DNA of 64,000 nt from Cladosporium halotolerans. Taxonomy: Eukaryota. The notes beneath the pieces were generated by a model, which saw only the letters and a list, made by a program, of their open reading frames with translations, did not search any database and was not told the origin of the DNA. Positions 58,874-64,000 of the stretch are shown here, one piece after another; the stretch's first letter is position 1; every line of letters starts with the position of its first letter. Location of the stretch: the NCBI RefSeq assembly GCF_011745625.1, contig NW_027191468.1, positions 496,001-560,000 of the forward strand, given 5' to 3'. The translations under genes were made by a program, and so were the position numbers.

Positions 58874-60413
58874 CTAGTGCCCACCAGGTCCAGCCCTCCA
58901 ATCCTCCTCAGAAGGGAACACGACAATACGATCGAGATCTGCGCCCATCGTCCCGTTGCCGTTGTCCAGCCCGCCAACCGTAATCACATTCTCACCAGCT
59001 TCCAAATCCAATTCCAGCGGCGTCGACATGATGATTCCCTTGTGCGTATCCCGCTGCACCAGCGTCTGCATGCCGGCTGTGTTGCCGTTGACGACTACGC
59101 TGCTGATCCGTCGGACCACCCACGTCCCGCCGATGCGGTCGGGCGTTCCGCCGGGCTGGTCGCCGAAGCCCATGTCGTCGGTGTTCTGGTAGTAGAAGGA
59201 CACCCATTGCTTCTTGCCGCTACCCGAGATGTTGTGGAAGGTCACGGTGCTGTCGTTGCCGGAGATGCCGGTCACGATCTGTCCGTTCGTCGCGAAGGGT
59301 GCTTCTTGCTTGAAGGCGGAGCCTGAGACGGTTGCTTCCGAGGCGGCGTAGCTGGTTCCATTGATGGGCGTGATGTTGCCGGTTGGGATGTCCAGGTCGT
59401 AGATGTCGTACCAGGGCAGGGAGACGGAGTGCTTTTTGTCGTCGACGGTTAGGGGAAGCCAGACGTAACGGCTATCCCAGACGGAGCGCAGATCCCATTG
59501 GTCGCCGAGGTACATGTAGGTTGTGCGTTCGGAGCCAACAATGCGCAGCGAGAAGCCGGACTGCGAGTTGTACGTACGCTTGTAAGGCTCCGCGATCATG
59601 AAGGGCTGCGACCAGGGGCCGGAGAGGGAAGGGGCGCGGAAGGCGACGACGTTGTTGGGCCGGTAGCCGGTTTTGTGGCTCATGAGTGCGTAGTAGCTTT
59701 CGTCCGTCTGGATGATGGTCGGCGCTTCGAGGTCGTACTTGTTGAAGCGGTGCACGACGGAGTCGATGGCGCTGATTGCATCGTTGAAGGAGCTGATGTA
59801 CACGTCGCGACCTTCGCGGCGGTCGCCGTTGGAGTAGAGCGCGTAGGTCTGGTTGTCTTTGTAGTCGGTGAACATACCAAAGTCTTGGGACCAGTTGCCC
59901 AGAGGTGCCGTGGCGTCAACGAAGTTGTATGGGCCTGTGATGTTGGGCGATGTAGCGAAGCCTTGTAGAAGCAGCCCGTATGTAGAGTTATCGGCGTGCC
60001 ACCACATGTGGTATTGTTGATCGACTTCAGAGTAAATCACCTTAGGTCGCTGGATGATCATATCAGGCGAGATGTATGGGTGCCCTTCAATCGGAGCTGG
60101 ATTCGAAGTCAGACACGCGATTTTCGATGGATGATGTGCTGGTGTGCATACACAAGGCTTTGCCATGGAATTGCCATGTTCCCAGGTCGTCAGAGCTGTA
60201 GACCGTCACACCACCTCCCTCCTCTTGCTCTTCGGTCTTGTACTCGCCAAACCAAAAGAACTTTCCCGTAACATGGTCCCAGGTTACACTGCCAGCGTGG
60301 GCGTTGATGAGATTACCGTCAGTATCGTGCCATCTGCCAGCGGGAACGATCCATTTGGCAGAAGCCAACGAGGTGAGCAAAGTGCCAACAACGAAGGCTC
60401 GGATGGACACCAT
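58874..60413 (-). CDS. Secreted GH43 (subfamily 24-like) exo-beta-1,3-galactanase with C-terminal CBM35-like module; intron 60151-60097
   Basis: Signal peptide MVSIRAFVVG, WHDTDGNLINAHAG, WFGEYK, YSSDDL, RPKVIY, LEAP, SHKTGYRPN, TYNSQS, GDQW, C-terminal ADLDRIVV. Confidence 0.85.
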
Positions 60414-61525
60414 GGTCGTAAATGTAAGAGCTGTTTCTCTAGAAGCCACATAGACCGACTACAACACCTACCTGATATATTTGAGCCGAGCAGACAGCCG
60501 CAAGCTATTGACCCGAGAGGCCGACTATACCAAGATTCCATTTGCGGCTCCACATGGCGAAGGCGCAGGAACTGCGATTTTTCCGTAGCGATCCCACTTG
60601 GCTTTGCGGGGTTTCACGCAGGATGAAAGCAAGTTGTAGGCGAGAGACGAAATAGCGCGTGGCTGGTAAGCGAACGTGACCGGCTTGGAGAGACGTCAGA
60701 GCCTCATCGCTTCGTGTGAACGGAGACCGGACTCCGGAAGTATGGCTGAAAGAGGTCGTAGCAGGGTTGCAGCTCTTGAACGTACGCAGCACTGAGCTTG
60801 AGCCTGCGCACGTGAGGCCGAGGTGCCATTGTCGAGCTTACGAGATGCACATTGATGAGAAGGGAAGGTAAGAAGCTACAGGTCAATTCTTTGCCAGCAG
60901 ACACCCCTCCACTTTCTTGTCTGAGCCATGAGGTTCAACGGGTAGATTGAGGTGGACGATGAGGGAGCAGGTATCGGTGCTCAACACACAGATGGCTCCT
61001 ACGTGGACGAGACCGGGTTGAACATGTTTGATCGTGGAGGGATTTGCTGCAACCGCGCATCAAAAGACCACGCGAGACGTGATCGTGATTCACAGAAATA
61101 TTTCATGTGCTTGTCCGGAATCGATAAGGTAGCATCGAAGGAAGACGGGATTATTCGAGTGTTCACATGCGTTCGCGGGCCGAGCGCCAGAAGTCCAGGC
61201 CGCCACCGCCGCGACTTCTGCCGCCTCAGGCACGCGTCGGGAGAGTTCTTGAGCTCCAACGGCGAACTTCCAGCATTGGATCACCAACCCGTTTCGCCGG
61301 CTACGCTTTGCCAGCGACTCGACCTCACCTCTCCCTCCCAAAGAGTCACCGTACGACTCTCATTTCCGACCGTTGCAAAACCCGGGGCCGCAAACACAGC
61401 CTCAATCGAGCCTTACACGGTGCACCCGCCATCCGCGACTCGAATCACGAAACAGCTCGCTTTCCCGGCTGGATCTTCCGTAAGAGCTCGGGCAAGCTAC
61501 AACCCATCCACGAGATCAGATCATC

Positions 61526-63277
61526 ATGTCTGACCGCCGGATGCAGTCTTCTCGCGACGACCGCCGACGCGACCGCGATGGAGGAGACAGGCGCAGACGT
61601 TCGCGCTCCCCGCGCGGCGGCGGAGGGCGTAGGGATTATGGCGATGTAGACTCTTATTCTTCCAGCAGAGACTACAGGGAGAGGGAGCGCGAGGACAGGT
61701 ACTCGGGGAGAGACAACAGACGCGACAGGGATTGGGATCGTGGCGCGGCGAGGAGAGACGCTAGGAGGGACGACGGCGATCGCAGACGTGACAACCGCCG
61801 CGACAGAGATCTTTTTGATGATCGCAGGGGAGGCCGTCGCGATGACAGGCGTGACCGCGATCGTGATCATCGTGGTGACGGTCGGGATACGGATAGGGCG
61901 CGCGACAACGACGACATGCGCCAGATGGAACGCCAGAGTCGCGTGAAGAGTGCATCGCCGCCTCCGCGCAAGCCTAAAGAGCCCACGCCGGACCTCACAG
62001 AAGTGGTGCCGATCATCACTCGCAAGCGCAGGCTGAATCAGTGGGACATCAAGCCGCCTGGATATGAGAATGTCACGGCCGAGCAGGCTAAGCTGTCAGG
62101 CATGTTCCCTCTGCCCGGCGCACCGAGACAGCAGGCGATGGATCCCTCCAAGCTGCAAGCATTCATGAATCAGCCTGGCAACCAGGCCAGCACCAATGCC
62201 CTGAAGCCCGCCACTGCTCGTCAATCGAAGCGTCTTTTCGTGCACAGACTGCCTGCTTCTGCTACCGACGACAGCGTCAGCGCCTTTTTCAACTTGCAGC
62301 TCAACGGTCTCAACGTCACCAAGGGCTCTGACCCTTGCGTCTCAGCACAAGTCAACAAGGCCCAGGGCTATGCGCTACTCGAGTTCAAGACCCCAGAAGA
62401 CGCTACGAATGCCATGGCTTTTGACGGCATGCACATGGATTCCGAAGCTATGGATACCAGCAACGGTGACTCGAACGGCTCGGCGAGCGGCCTTGAAATC
62501 CGCAGGCCCAAGGACTACATCGTCCCTACCGTGACCGACGAAACCCAGAACGAAGCTGGCGTGCTCTCCAACTCCGTTCCTGACACGCAGAACAAGATCA
62601 GCATCACCAACATTCCCATCTACCTCACGGACGAACACATGCAGGAGCTTCTCCAGTCTTTCGGCGAGCTGAAGTCGTTTGTGCTGGTAAAGGACCGCTC
62701 CACCGAGGAGAGCAGAGGCATTGCTTTCTGCGAGTACGTCGATTCCAGCGTCACGGATGCTGCGGTCGAAAGCTTGAACGGCATGGAGCTGGGTGATGCG
62801 AACTTGAAGGTCAAGCGTGCCAGTATTGGTATCCAGCAGGTCAGCGGAGAGATGAGCGTGAACGCCATGAGCTTGATGGCTGGCACACAGGCCAAGTCGG
62901 ATGCCGACAGCAGCAGAGTGCTGTGTTTGATGAACATGATCACGCCTGAGGAATTGATGGACGTCGAGGAGTCTGAAGGTAAGCATTCACGTTTCCCCCT
63001 TGACGCCTGAACGTCAAGACAGATACTAACCCTCGCATCAGAAATTCTCGAAGACGTCAAGGACGAATGCGCTAAGTACGGCAAACTTCTCGACACGAAG
63101 ATGCCCCGCCCTACAGGCTCCAGACAAAGCGCCGGTATTGGCAAGATCTACGTCAAGTTCGAGGATTCGGCTGCGGCGTCGAAGGCGCTGGCTGCGCTGG
63201 CTGGCAGGAAATTCTCGGACCGGACGGTCGTCGCTACCTTCTTCGGCGAGGAATACTTTGACATCAACGCATGGTAA
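61526..63277 (+). CDS. U2AF2: Splicing factor U2AF large subunit (U2AF65); intron 62979-63041
   Basis: RS/RD-rich N-terminus, ULM (KRRLNQWDIKPPGYE), RRM1 with IRRPKDY, RRM2 SRGIAFCEY, UHM VLCLMNMIT...ILEDVKDECAKYG...GIGKIYVKF. Confidence 0.95.
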
Positions 63278-63796
63278 TCCTTGTGTGCATGACAGTCCAT
63301 GGGGTGGCCACAGGGACTGGAGGGGCGGGGGAAATGGCTGATGAGGCGCGTAGCTTTCTGTATTGTAGTATAAAAAGACGCGAGCAAAGTATTGAGCTCA
63401 AAACACCTTGACCTTGAGTTCACGAATGTCTTTCCATTGAATGCCAATGCCATTGATGAGTGCACACCCTACCAAGAACGCATCAGCGCCTCACTCTATG
63501 GCTTGGGCATCTTCAAAGGGTTCTTGATGTTGGTGCCTGAACTGGACCCTGAATGCGGGGAGTGGTCGCGCGCGCTCCGCCACCTGCGGTTGCGTTGCTC
63601 GCACCACTCGCTCCTAAACTCGCTAGGCCGTCTCACCATTCTCCTGAAAATAGATTCAGATCATACCGCTGTCAATCTGATACTGACCTTCAAACACCAA
63701 CTTGCCCCTTCCGACATCTTCCAGCAGGAATATAGTACTTCACTACTGGAAGGCCCCTGGTAATCACCCTCAGCAACACTCACACCACTGCCCGCC

Positions 63797-64000
63797 ATGC
63801 CCTTCGGAATCGGCAGGAAAGATAAAGGCGGCGAAGACCTCGACGCCCAGAAACGCTCCCTCTTCGGCGGTCGCTCAAAATCTAGCAAAAGCTCCTCACC
63901 CGCTCCCTCATCCGCCAACCCCTACGCCGCCCCGCCCCCTCCATCGGGCGGTTCGAACCCCTACGCCAACCAGAGCAGCCAAAATGATCCATACGCCCCT
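63797..64000 (+). CDS. SEC9: Probable Sec9 t-SNARE, N-terminus only (runs off window end)
   Basis: MPFGIGRK...KRSLFGGRSK...ANPYA...SNPYA...NDPYA resembles the NPY-repeat N-terminus of fungal Sec9. The SNARE domains would lie outside the window. Confidence 0.6.
   Translation, partial: MPFGIGRKDKGGEDLDAQKRSLFGGRSKSSKSSSPAPSSANPYAAPPPPSGGSNPYANQSSQNDPYAP

Noticed and set aside
60450..60900. CreA (GCGGGG) and XlnR-like (GGCTGA) sites in the GH43 promoter
   Set aside because: Single short motifs expected by chance; cannot be supported without conservation data.
1..64000. Transposons, CRISPR arrays, rRNA
   Set aside because: No transposase/RT/integrase motifs, LTR or TIR pairs, spaced direct-repeat arrays or rRNA signatures seen.

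Overview
Gene-dense, intron-containing eukaryotic DNA from a filamentous ascomycete. The GT..CTRAC..YAG introns (50-210 nt) and the gene set fit Pezizomycotina; Dothideomycetes is a guess. I can support about 23 protein-coding loci and two tRNA genes (Cys-GCA with an intron, Ile-AAT). Most loci are housekeeping: vezatin, EMC6, NOP14, OSH3, a KES1/OSH4-family gene, GET3, UTP15, a GLOD5-like glyoxalase, ALG12, YOS1, SAS4, a Dsf2/Nif1-like Sel1 protein, LSD1/AOF2, creB, an S10 carboxypeptidase, a GH43 galactanase, U2AF65 and the start of SEC9. I found no transposon, rRNA or CRISPR. Most notable: (1) a stand-alone 1748-aa membrane NRPS-like polymer synthetase (A-T-three TM/beta-helix repeats; Pls / polymalate-synthetase architecture) whose A domain is acyl-CoA-ligase-like and is followed by a vestigial second A-subdomain; (2) a KES1/OSH4-family gene with a single in-frame TAG in an otherwise intact frame, head-to-head with OSH3; (3) an ORF-less, self-complementary ~850-nt unit between NOP14 and OSH3; (4) recurrent ~1-kb C-rich > CpG-rich > G-rich skew-flip blocks that ignore gene orientation; (5) a fungal hydrophilin ending in a plant-dehydrin K-segment-like motif. 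All product calls come from motif recognition by eye; no database searches were run.
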